From contig OZ242311.1 of NCBI GenBank assembly GCA_965207885.1, forward strand, positions 6,048,001 to 6,112,000: a stretch of 64,000 bases of DNA, written 5' to 3'. This document shows positions 46,781 to 55,758 of the stretch, in pieces. Below the pieces are notes generated by a model. That model saw nothing but the letters and a program-made list of their open reading frames with translations, was not told where the DNA came from and did no database searches. Position 1 is the stretch's first letter. Each line of letters begins with the position of its first letter. The translations under genes and the position numbers were made by a program. The DNA is from Candidatus Latescibacterota bacterium (GTDB lineage Bacteria; Latescibacterota; UBA2968).

Positions 46781-47869
46781 TTATTGTTCCAGCCATTCGA
46801 GGTCAAAGCGAGCGACGGTGACGTATCGCGTGTCGTTTTGTCGCGTGAAGATCTGGTTTTCGTATATGCAGCATATTGTGCCGTCGGCTGTTTGGGCGAG
46901 GTCTGAATAACTCGAGGGTCCCGGTTCGAGGATTTTGGAGACGGGCCAGGTCTGGCAGTCGTCGGTGCTCATTTTGACGGTGAGGCGTTTGCGGTCGTAA
47001 GAGACGCGGCCCGGTCTGGCAAATTCGCGTTCGAGGTTGTCGGGGTTGGCAAAAATGATGTTGCCGTTTTGGAGTTTGAGGATGCTGCCCATGCACACGG
47101 GTTCGAGCAGGGCGTCGTCAAATTTTAGCTCTGACCAGTTGGTCGCGCCATCGGGGCTGGTGGTGATGAGGCGGCGATGGCGTTTGGATTCCGTGCGGAT
47201 GTTGAATAAGACGCGCCCGTCGTTGCGTTCAACGGGGAGTGTTTCGCTGGGGTTGATGTATTCGCCTTCTGTGCGTACGATAATGTCACTGCGCTGCCAT
47301 GTTTGCGCGTGGTCGTCGCTGTAGATGCCCGCGACTGTGGAGGGGCGATGCCCGAGTTTGCCCGGGCCAAATTCCGTGCCGCCGCCGTCCGACATCCAGA
47401 TGGGTACGATGAGGCGTCCGTTTTGAAGTTGGATGCCGTGCCCGGGTCCAGTAGCGATGACGCGCCAGGGATATTGTTCGCGGAAGGGTGTGAGTGCATC
47501 TGTGATTTCGGTGGGGTCGGACCATGTGGCGCCGTCGTCTTTGCTTTGCATGTAGAAGACGCGGGCGTAGTTGTGACAGTAGAGGGCGTGTACTGCGCCG
47601 TCTTTGCGGTCGGAGATCATGACGAAGTTGCTGATGGGGCCTTCGCCATATGTGTCGCAACGGGCAACGACGGTGGGTGAGTCCCAGGTCTGACCACCAT
47701 CTGCACTTCGCCGCATAAGCACGTCATTGCCGTCCCAATCGCCGCCTCTGCCGCGTCGCGCTTCCGCCGTGGCGAGGAGGATGTTGTTTTGCGTGCAGAG
47801 AATGCCCGGTACGCGGTAGATGTGATATCCGTTTGTTCGACCTTCAAAGAGGTGGGTTTTGTCTATCAT
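46781..47869 (-). CDS. Sialidase (GH33, BNR/Asp-box)
   Basis: YRVP motif, Asp boxes [32 protein letters not shown]. Confidence 0.9.
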   Translation of the reverse strand: MIDKTHLFEGRTNGYHIYRVPGILCTQNNILLATAEARRGRGGDWDGNDVLMRRSADGGQTWDSPTVVARCDTYGEGPISNFVMISDRKDGAVHALYCHNYARVFYMQSKDDGATWSDPTEITDALTPFREQYPWRVIATGPGHGIQLQNGRLIVPIWMSDGGGTEFGPGKLGHRPSTVAGIYSDDHAQTWQRSDIIVRTEGEYINPSETLPVERNDGRVLFNIRTESKRHRRLITTSPDGATNWSELKFDDALLEPVCMGSILKLQNGNIIFANPDNLEREFARPGRVSYDRKRLTVKMSTDDCQTWPVSKILEPGPSSYSDLAQTADGTICCIYENQIFTRQNDTRYVTVARFDLEWLEQ

Positions 47870-48049
47870 GAGATGCTCCGTTTATGTTGAGGAATTTTAT
47901 TAGAAAGTATATAATTATACCATAATAAGATAAAGAACAAGCCAAAAAATTGCGAATAGGTTGAGAGATGAACCACATGGAACATATTCCGCTTGTAGAA
48001 AGCAGTACAGATCTTATATTGTTTTCTTGGAAACTACAAGGGAGGCAAT

Positions 48050-48889
48050 ATGTCTGCTCCACGTATCGATGACCGCGACTGGTCCGCCCTGACTTCGGGC
48101 GAGCGCATTCGCCAGATTGAGGTTGAGGGCTATCTTCTGATTCCCGATTTGTTGACGCCCGAGCATCTGGCCCGGCTCAAGGCGATAACCGATAGTTTGG
48201 AAACCACTCCGGTGGATTACAGCATCCATCAGCGGGGACGGAGTGACATCCAGTTCCTCGGTGGTGAAATCACCGACCTCATCGCCCATCCCCCGACGGT
48301 CGCCTTTCTGAGGGAACTTCTGGGGGAGGATATCATCCTGTCGCATTACGGCTATGCCCGCTCAGAGCCAGGGCACCCCGGCATTAGCCTCCATACGGAC
48401 GGTCAACCCTACGGTTCGCGCATCTTTGGTTATCTGGGTAGCGTACCGGTCATGGTCCGGGTGCTGTATTATCTGGACGACCTGACCCCAGAGGTCTCTC
48501 CATTCCGCGTAATTCCCCGATCGCACCTCTCCATGCACGCAGACGGCAATCCCTACCAGCGCTTCGAGTCCCATCCAGAGGAGGTCATGGTCACCGCAAG
48601 AGCCGGTTCTGCGATGTTTATTAACCACAAGGTCTTCCATGGCAATTTCCCCAATGTCGGCGACTGGCCCCGCTCGATGCTGGCTATTGCTTACCGCCCG
48701 GCCTGGGCCGGTCCTGTCCAGAAAGTTGAAGGGTGGGATCCGCAGGCCGTCGCCGCGCTGCCCGATGTCGTGAGGCCCTTTTTCGGAGACCGCAACACCC
48801 GCCACTGGACCCCCGAAGGGGACAACAAACCGCCCGACATGGCCAGTCAGGCCCCGGGTATCAATCCCAGCCGATGGGAACGCAAGTAA
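48050..48889 (+). CDS. Phytanoyl-CoA dioxygenase family Fe(II)/2OG dioxygenase
   Basis: HTD...H facial triad, IPRSH, AGSA. Confidence 0.88.
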   Translation: MSAPRIDDRDWSALTSGERIRQIEVEGYLLIPDLLTPEHLARLKAITDSLETTPVDYSIHQRGRSDIQFLGGEITDLIAHPPTVAFLRELLGEDIILSHYGYARSEPGHPGISLHTDGQPYGSRIFGYLGSVPVMVRVLYYLDDLTPEVSPFRVIPRSHLSMHADGNPYQRFESHPEEVMVTARAGSAMFINHKVFHGNFPNVGDWPRSMLAIAYRPAWAGPVQKVEGWDPQAVAALPDVVRPFFGDRNTRHWTPEGDNKPPDMASQAPGINPSRWERK

Positions 48890-48898
48890 GGAGAACGA

Positions 48899-49681
48899 AT
48901 GTATCCCAATCCACTTAAACAGAAGCTTAGAAAGGGCGATATCGTGCTGGGGACCTCCCTGCCGGTCCCCTCATCCCTCGTCCTTGGAACCATCGTGCAG
49001 GCCCGGCCAGACTTTGTCTGGATCGATACGGAACACGCCCCGTTCGCCACCGAATCCCTGGACGCTATCCCCGTCCTTGCCAGGCAGAATGGCGTGGCGC
49101 CGATGATCCGCGTGGCGTGGAACGACCCGGCTCTGATCAAGAAGGCCTTTGATGTCGGCGCCGTGGCCGTGATGGTGCCTCAGGTCAATACCGCCGAAGA
49201 GGCCGCTCGGGCAGTGCAATATGCCCGTTACCCCCCTGAAGGACAGCGCGGGCTTTCCCCCATGTGGACCCGCATAGCCGGCGAAGACTGGAACCACGTC
49301 ATCAAAACTGCAAACGCAGAGACCGTATTGATCCTCCAGGTCGAGAGCCAGGAGGCTTACGACAATATCGACGAAATCAAGGAGATCGCAGGCATTGACG
49401 TCCTGCTCGTAGGGCCGCTGGATCTGTCCGCATCGGTCGGAAAGATTACCGAAACCAGCGCCAGGGAAGTTCAGGAGATTATGCGGGATGTTCCCGGGCG
49501 GCTGGAAGGGTCCGGCATTGTCGCCGGCACTACGCTTGTGGATCTCTCCGAGATTCAGGAGAAACTTCGCTGGGGCTACCGCTTTATGAATGTCGGCAAT
49601 ATTCTCGCTTATGGCACGCAGGTCCTGACCCAAAATCTCGAAATCTTACGCGCCAATCCTGGTGGGGGGGCTGAAGAATGA
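48899..49681 (+). CDS. HpcH/HpaI class II aldolase
   Basis: IDTEH, YPPEGQRG, QVES, GPLDL. Confidence 0.9.
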   Translation: MYPNPLKQKLRKGDIVLGTSLPVPSSLVLGTIVQARPDFVWIDTEHAPFATESLDAIPVLARQNGVAPMIRVAWNDPALIKKAFDVGAVAVMVPQVNTAEEAARAVQYARYPPEGQRGLSPMWTRIAGEDWNHVIKTANAETVLILQVESQEAYDNIDEIKEIAGIDVLLVGPLDLSASVGKITETSAREVQEIMRDVPGRLEGSGIVAGTTLVDLSEIQEKLRWGYRFMNVGNILAYGTQVLTQNLEILRANPGGGAEE

Positions 49682-50541
49682 CAGAATCACTACGCCTGCT
49701 CTCTATTGGGGCGCATCCGGCCGATATTTTTGACCAGTCGGGCGGCACTATGGCCCATCACGTCAGCCGCGGCGACGATGTGCGGTGTGCGGTGCTGACC
49801 CACGGCGCACGGGTACACGATGCCGTGATCAGCGACGCGATGTTTCACCAGGAGGAAGTGCCGGAAGGGGCCGAGCTTCTGAAGATGATGCAGGAGCGCT
49901 CCGATGTCAAAGCGGCGGAGGTGCGCGCGGCCTGTGCGATTCTGGGTGTAGAAGAGATCTACTTTTTCGGCGCCGATGATTCGGTTCTGCTCGTCAAGGA
50001 CGAGACGGTGAGGCGTCTGGCAAGGCTGCTGCGAGAGCTCCGTCCCGATATCGTCCTGACCCACTTTCCCAAAGAGGGTGACAGCCTGACCAACGCGCAC
50101 GCCACCGCCGGGCAGATCGTGATGCACGCCATCGGGCTGGCCAACAGCGTTGATCCCGGTGACCGAAATCCCCCCCATCGGGTCGCGCAGGTCTTTTATT
50201 TTGGGGGAGGCGGTGGGGGGATTCCCCGGCGGGTCTGGGATTCCGAGGGGGGCTACTACAACGATGTCTTCATCGATATCACTGATGTCGTGGAGAAAAA
50301 GCTGGCGGCGCTGGACTGCCTGGTGAGCCAGGGATACGGCGGTGCCTATGCCCGAAAACGGATCGAGACCAGCGACGGCGCGTTTGGCAGCGCGGGGGGC
50401 TGCGCTTACGCAGAAGGCTTTATCTCCCTGAACGCTGAAACCCATTCCTTCCTTCCGCTGACCGAGCACGCGCTCAGGATTGCCCGTTCATCCGACCACG
50501 AGAATATCAGTCGCAACTCCTACCGCATCCCGGTGGATTGA
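49678..50541 (+). CDS. PIG-L/LmbE family deacetylase (variant metal motif)
   Basis: AHPAD (canonical HPDD), GGT, RPDIVLTH, YAEGF. Confidence 0.85.
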   Translation: MTESLRLLSIGAHPADIFDQSGGTMAHHVSRGDDVRCAVLTHGARVHDAVISDAMFHQEEVPEGAELLKMMQERSDVKAAEVRAACAILGVEEIYFFGADDSVLLVKDETVRRLARLLRELRPDIVLTHFPKEGDSLTNAHATAGQIVMHAIGLANSVDPGDRNPPHRVAQVFYFGGGGGGIPRRVWDSEGGYYNDVFIDITDVVEKKLAALDCLVSQGYGGAYARKRIETSDGAFGSAGGCAYAEGFISLNAETHSFLPLTEHALRIARSSDHENISRNSYRIPVD

Positions 50542-50588
50542 GAAGTTCTGCGAACGGCTCATTGATCCGCCCCACACGGATGGATTCC

Positions 50589-51461
50589 ATGATCAAACTC
50601 GGCTGCACCGCCATGCTGCGGGACGAAGAGAATCCCGGGCAGTTCATCGATGTCGAATCCCTGATCGACCTGATCCACGACCTGAGGCTGGATATTGTCG
50701 ATTTGCACCTCTACAGGGGGTTCCGTTCCAGGAGTTTTGAGTACCTGCGCCAGATTAAGAGAAAGTGCCTGAGGTACGGGCTGCCGATCGGCTATGTGGG
50801 AACCGGAGATGGGTTTGTGGGCGCGGCGACTGGCGCAGACCAGCGCGTGGTCGGCGTTTCTCTGCCGCCGGAGGAACTGCGCAGGCGGGTGGCAGAGGCG
50901 AAAGAGGCCGTGGATGTGGCGGCATTTATGGGTGCGCCCCTGGTCCGCCTGTTCGGGGGTGGCCTGCCAGAGGGGACAGAGGACAGGGAAGCGCTCTGGT
51001 CCGCGATGATCCGCAGTTTCCAGGAAGTCGCCGACTATGCGATTGATAAGGGCATTTTCCTGGGTCTCCACAATCATCCGCCCGCCGTGGCTCCCACCGG
51101 TGACGACATCCTCCGCATTCTGCACGATACCGACCGCGAGAATTTCACCTTCATACTGGATACTGGGCAGTGGTTCGGCTCACCCGGATCAAATCTGGCG
51201 GGGAAATTCGATCCCGGTCTGGCGTTTTACCGCTACATGGAACAAACCGCTCCGTATGCCACCTGCGTGCGTGCCAAGATCTACAAAATCGACAGTGGCC
51301 AGGAAGAATGGCTCGACTATGAGCGCATTGTGCCGATCCTGAAAGCCGTCAACTACAATGGCAATGTGTCGATTATCTTCGAAGACCGCAATAACCGTTG
51401 CAATTACGCCGAAGCGATCGGCCTGGCGGCCAGGTATCTGCGCGGACTGCTCGCGGATTGA
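50589..51461 (+). CDS. Sugar phosphate isomerase/epimerase
   Basis: GAPLVRLFGG, LHNH, LDTGQW, YNG; start uncertain. Confidence 0.8.
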   Translation: MIKLGCTAMLRDEENPGQFIDVESLIDLIHDLRLDIVDLHLYRGFRSRSFEYLRQIKRKCLRYGLPIGYVGTGDGFVGAATGADQRVVGVSLPPEELRRRVAEAKEAVDVAAFMGAPLVRLFGGGLPEGTEDREALWSAMIRSFQEVADYAIDKGIFLGLHNHPPAVAPTGDDILRILHDTDRENFTFILDTGQWFGSPGSNLAGKFDPGLAFYRYMEQTAPYATCVRAKIYKIDSGQEEWLDYERIVPILKAVNYNGNVSIIFEDRNNRCNYAEAIGLAARYLRGLLAD

Positions 51462-51471
51462 GGGCTGTGTG

Positions 51472-52668
51472 TTAGCTCTTAATAACACGTAGCGTATCGC
51501 GTGCGATCATCAGTTCTTCGTTGGTTGGAATGACGAGTACGGATACCGGGGCGGTCTCATGATGAATAGTTTCGTTCATGGGGTTGCCCTCGTTTTTTGC
51601 TTTGTCGAGATGTACGCCCAGGAATCCGAGTTTTTCACAGATGCACTCCCGTATGAGTGGCGCGTTTTCCCCTATTCCGGCGGTGAATACAAGCGCGTCT
51701 ATCCCGTCGAGTACCGCCGCGTATTTTCCGATGTACTGGCGGATGCGGTAGCAGAAGATGTCGATTGCAAGTGCCGCACGCCGATTTTCCTTATAGACGG
51801 CGATTAGGTCTCTGAGGTCTGATCCGATTCCGGATACGCCGATGAGACCGCTTTGATGGTTGAGCATCTGGTCGATTTGATCGGGCGTCATCTGGTGTTC
51901 TCTGATCAGGTAGAGGATGATCGCCGGGTCGATGTCCCCACTGCGCGTTCCCATTACGAGTCCCTGAAGGGGTGTGAATCCCATGCTGGTGTCGATTGAT
52001 TTTCCATTTTCGATGGCGGTGATGCTACAGCCGTTTCCCAGATGGCATGTGATCAGTTTTAGCGTTTTCAAGGGCGAGCCGAGCATTTCCGCTGCACGCA
52101 TGGCGACGTATTGATGCGATATGCCGTGGAAACCGTATTGTCGGATTTGATACTGTTCGGATATCGCGTGGGGCAGGGCATAAGTGTGGGCGTAGTCCGG
52201 GATGGTCTGGTGGAATGCGGTGTCGAATACCGCGACGTGTGGGATGTGGGGTAGTATGGTCTGGCAGGCGCGAATTCCGCGCAGGTTGAAGGGGTTGTGC
52301 AGTGGGGCGAGGGGGGCGCACTGTTCGATTGTTTTTTCGACTTCGGGCGTGATCCGGGTGGAGGCCGCGAAATGGCTCCCGCCGTGTACAACGCGATGGC
52401 CGACTGCGTGGATTTCATCGGGCGTGCGGAGGATTCCCCAGTCCGGGTGGAGCAGGATTTCAAAGATGCGTTGAAATACGGCTTCAGGAGCGGTTTGAGG
52501 TACTGGGATTTGATGGGTGACGCCATCCCGCCGCGTGTAAGACAATTCTGCGGATGCAGAGAGCAACCGTTCGACATGTCCTCTTGCGAGGCATTCTTCG
52601 CTGTGCATGTCGAAGCACTGGTATTTGATGGAAGAACTGCCGGCGTTGATGGTGAGTATTACTGGCAT
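51472..52668 (-). CDS. ackA: Acetate kinase
   Basis: INAGSSSIK, GHRVVHGG, APLHNP, HLGNG, MGTRSGD, PTNEE. Confidence 0.95.
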   Translation of the reverse strand: MPVILTINAGSSSIKYQCFDMHSEECLARGHVERLLSASAELSYTRRDGVTHQIPVPQTAPEAVFQRIFEILLHPDWGILRTPDEIHAVGHRVVHGGSHFAASTRITPEVEKTIEQCAPLAPLHNPFNLRGIRACQTILPHIPHVAVFDTAFHQTIPDYAHTYALPHAISEQYQIRQYGFHGISHQYVAMRAAEMLGSPLKTLKLITCHLGNGCSITAIENGKSIDTSMGFTPLQGLVMGTRSGDIDPAIILYLIREHQMTPDQIDQMLNHQSGLIGVSGIGSDLRDLIAVYKENRRAALAIDIFCYRIRQYIGKYAAVLDGIDALVFTAGIGENAPLIRECICEKLGFLGVHLDKAKNEGNPMNETIHHETAPVSVLVIPTNEELMIARDTLRVIKS

Positions 52669-52678
52669 GGTCAGTCCG

Positions 52679-53533
52679 CTATCTGTGGCTCCATGTAAGG
52701 GATTCATCGCTGTTCGCCTTCAGCCAGGTGCGCAGAGGTACGTCCTCTTCTGAAGGCACATAGTAGCCCGCCTGTTTGGTTGCCGCTCCGAGGAGTTGTC
52801 GGCGAATCGGGCTTAGGTGCTCGAAGAGATGGTCAACTTCCATGATGCACTTGGGCCGGATCCAGCGATATGCATAGCCGTAGAAGAGGACTTTTCTCGG
52901 TCTGTTTAAGTAGTTGGGACTCGAGGCGTGCCACAGTCGCCGGTCGAACAGGACGGCCGACCCGGCGTTGACCCGTATGGGCATGCCGTTGATGGGCATT
53001 TCGTCATCGGAATAGGTGAGTTGCTTATTTGCCTGCTGCCCTGGCGCAATATAGAAGTTCGCCACGCCGACATCAGTGGTGTCGGTGAGGAAGAAGGCAA
53101 CCTTCAGCGATAACATAGGATTCACCGGAAGTCCTTCCATGTCAAGGTCGCCATTGGATCGATTCTGGTCCTGATGCCAGCCTAATTTTTTGCCAGCAGG
53201 CGGGGGCTTGCTCGTTGGCGGCGAAATAACCATCTGCGTGTGGAATAGGTATATATTCCATCCCATGAGGCCCCAGACCTTTGGGAAGGTGGTGGGATAG
53301 TCTATAAGATCCAGAAGCGATGCGTCCTTGCCAATGCAGTCGTGTGCGTTTACTCGCTGCGCCGGACTCATGCCCTCCTCTTGCCGAATTCGTGCGTCAA
53401 TGCGATCGACTGCGGCTATAGCTGTCTCGAGCATCTCTTCGTCGAGTGCGTTTTCTATGACGAAATAGCCGTCGCGCTGAAACTGCTGGCGTTCCTCCTC
53501 TGTGAGTCTGTGGTCCAGGCAAGATCTATCCAT
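52679..53533 (-). CDS. Phytanoyl-CoA dioxygenase family protein
   Basis: WHQD, FDRRLWH, GYAYRW. Confidence 0.88.
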   Translation of the reverse strand: MDRSCLDHRLTEEERQQFQRDGYFVIENALDEEMLETAIAAVDRIDARIRQEEGMSPAQRVNAHDCIGKDASLLDLIDYPTTFPKVWGLMGWNIYLFHTQMVISPPTSKPPPAGKKLGWHQDQNRSNGDLDMEGLPVNPMLSLKVAFFLTDTTDVGVANFYIAPGQQANKQLTYSDDEMPINGMPIRVNAGSAVLFDRRLWHASSPNYLNRPRKVLFYGYAYRWIRPKCIMEVDHLFEHLSPIRRQLLGAATKQAGYYVPSEEDVPLRTWLKANSDESLTWSHR

Positions 53534-53576
53534 TTGTCAATCCTCTGTAATGTCTTAGATGTCTTCTACCAGTTCC

Positions 53577-54335
53577 TCATCTCTCTATACTTCCTCCGAT
53601 TTTTTTTAACTGCTTAAGCCACTCGGTATATTCTTGTTTTGCTTCTTCGTTCATCGGGTGGTATTTCGCCACATTTCCGGTTTCCCGGATCTTCATCTTC
53701 TCAAATATCTCCCGGTCTTCTTTGGGCTGACACCATTCGATGACTTTCTCCGCTATCTTCGGCGGCACCACCACGGCTCCATCATCGTCTGCTACAATAA
53801 TGTCGCCGGGGAATATCAACACGCCGCCACAGCCTATGGGCAGGTTGTAATCCCAGGGGTACATCTCGAAAAACCCGGCATTGGCCGGTGTCCCTCCCCG
53901 GGCGAACAGAGGTAATCCCAGATCGAGCGCGCTGGGCAAATCCCGCAGGCATCCATCTACTACGATCCCTTTTCCCCCGCGTGCCTGCACTCCCGTCATC
54001 AACATTTCTCCCAAACAGCCCGTTTGCATGTGTCCCCGGGCGTCAATTGCCAGCACGTCGCCCTGTTCGATCGACATAATTGACGCCCATAGTGCCGATG
54101 TTTTTTCTGTTTGTTCCTCGCCCAGGCCCTCGATAATATCCTCCCGTTTGGGCAAGAACTGCAGGGTCACTGCCGTGCCCACGGCTTTCATCCCGGGTGT
54201 CAGGGCTTTTGGTCCCAGCATAGCATGCCTCAATATTCCCTGGCTGCGCAAAAACGTCGAGATGCTGGCTACGCTGATGTCCCAAAAAGGATATACCAGT
54301 TCGCGGGAGGGGCGAGTTATTTCTCTGTTATTCAT
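53577..54335 (-). CDS. RraA/HMG-aldolase family protein
   Basis: GTAVT, VDGCLRD, PGDIIVADDDG. Confidence 0.88.
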   Translation of the reverse strand: MNNREITRPSRELVYPFWDISVASISTFLRSQGILRHAMLGPKALTPGMKAVGTAVTLQFLPKREDIIEGLGEEQTEKTSALWASIMSIEQGDVLAIDARGHMQTGCLGEMLMTGVQARGGKGIVVDGCLRDLPSALDLGLPLFARGGTPANAGFFEMYPWDYNLPIGCGGVLIFPGDIIVADDDGAVVVPPKIAEKVIEWCQPKEDREIFEKMKIRETGNVAKYHPMNEEAKQEYTEWLKQLKKIGGSIER

Positions 54336-54347
54336 GGGAGTTCCCTT

Positions 54348-55709
54348 CTAAGGTAGCACGCGTACGCGTTGCAGTCGCTGTTCCTCTTTGATATGTGTGT
54401 ACTGCGTCTGTTGAATCCGGTGCGTCAGCAGTCGCTGCACAAGATCCAATGTTACATGTTCGTAACCAGCTACGCCTGCCAGATTTTGCTGTTCCAATGG
54501 ATCCACTGCCAGGTTATACAGGTGCTGTACGCCACCCTGTTCCGGATCGAATACCAGTTTCCAGTTTCCGGTGCGCACCATCGCACATGTAGCCAGTTCG
54601 GCAAATACCGCGTTTCTCCCAATGTGCGGTTTCCCCCGGACCAGGGCCGGGATATCCAACCCGGGCCGGCGGCGGTCGAACGCGAGCTTAGCCCCCGCAA
54701 GCCGAAGTATCGTCGGATACAGGTCGAGGTGAGACACCAGCGCCTTGCTCACCCGCGGCCCATTCATCCTTTCTTCTTTTGGGATTCCCGGACCGCACAT
54801 CAAAAACGGCACGCCAGCACTGTTCTCGTAGAAATACCTCTTGTCCAATATCCCGTAATCGCCCAGACAATCTCCGTGGTCCGAAGTAAAGATGATTACC
54901 GTATTATCGTATATCCCCTTCGCTTTCAGCGTCTCTACCAGTTGGCCCACATAAGCATCGATTAGCGCGCATTTGTCCATATAGTGTGCCCGTCTCAGTC
55001 GCACCGACGCTTCGTCCGGTGCTCCCAGGGGTGGCGACATCGCCTCGGGGTCGTGTTGCAATTCGCCCGGATGCCACATCGGCGGATGCGGCCCGATAAA
55101 TGACAGATTCAGATAAAAAGGCCGGTCCTCTATATAGTCCTCCACGAATCGGATCCCGTTTACCCCGATAAATCCGTCGGCCGTCTCGTCTGGGTCGTCG
55201 AACACGTGCCGAAATCCCCCTTTGCGAAGCGCCTCTCGGAACGTCTCCAGCTTTCCTTGTTTTTTCAGGTAATTCGTGTACTCATCGTCATTGTGTCCGT
55301 TTTCTCCGTCGTCCTGAACCTGAAATATATAGTCGAATCCATAACGTCTCAGTTCTTCGTCGTTCTCCGTTACATCAATGCAGTACCCGTAGCTGTCAAT
55401 ATAATGGTGCTTGCCAATCATTGCCGTATAATATCCCGCCTGCTGGAGGTGGTGCATAAACGTATCGTCCCGAAGCTTCGGGTGAATCACATCGGCCTGG
55501 TTCCCGCATACTCCCGTTTGCGATGGGTACATCCCGGTGATGATCGATATCCGCGATGGCCCGCACAGTGGCGTGGCGCAATACCCGTTGGTAAACTGCG
55601 TTCCCTCTGCGGCTAAAGCCATCAAATTGGGCGTGCTCTTTCCCAGCGCATCGCGCCGGAAATGATCGGTAAGAATGAGAATAATATTAGGGTGTTTGGC
55701 AGTGGACAT
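54348..55709 (-). CDS. Sulfatase (Cys-type)
   Basis: CGPSR formylglycine motif, GKHH, TSDHG. Confidence 0.92.
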   Translation of the reverse strand: MSTAKHPNIILILTDHFRRDALGKSTPNLMALAAEGTQFTNGYCATPLCGPSRISIITGMYPSQTGVCGNQADVIHPKLRDDTFMHHLQQAGYYTAMIGKHHYIDSYGYCIDVTENDEELRRYGFDYIFQVQDDGENGHNDDEYTNYLKKQGKLETFREALRKGGFRHVFDDPDETADGFIGVNGIRFVEDYIEDRPFYLNLSFIGPHPPMWHPGELQHDPEAMSPPLGAPDEASVRLRRAHYMDKCALIDAYVGQLVETLKAKGIYDNTVIIFTSDHGDCLGDYGILDKRYFYENSAGVPFLMCGPGIPKEERMNGPRVSKALVSHLDLYPTILRLAGAKLAFDRRRPGLDIPALVRGKPHIGRNAVFAELATCAMVRTGNWKLVFDPEQGGVQHLYNLAVDPLEQQNLAGVAGYEHVTLDLVQRLLTHRIQQTQYTHIKEEQRLQRVRVLP

Positions 55710-55758
55710 ACAACGCACTCCTCTTGTGTTTGTTTCCAGGGAAATGGGTTGTTCAATC

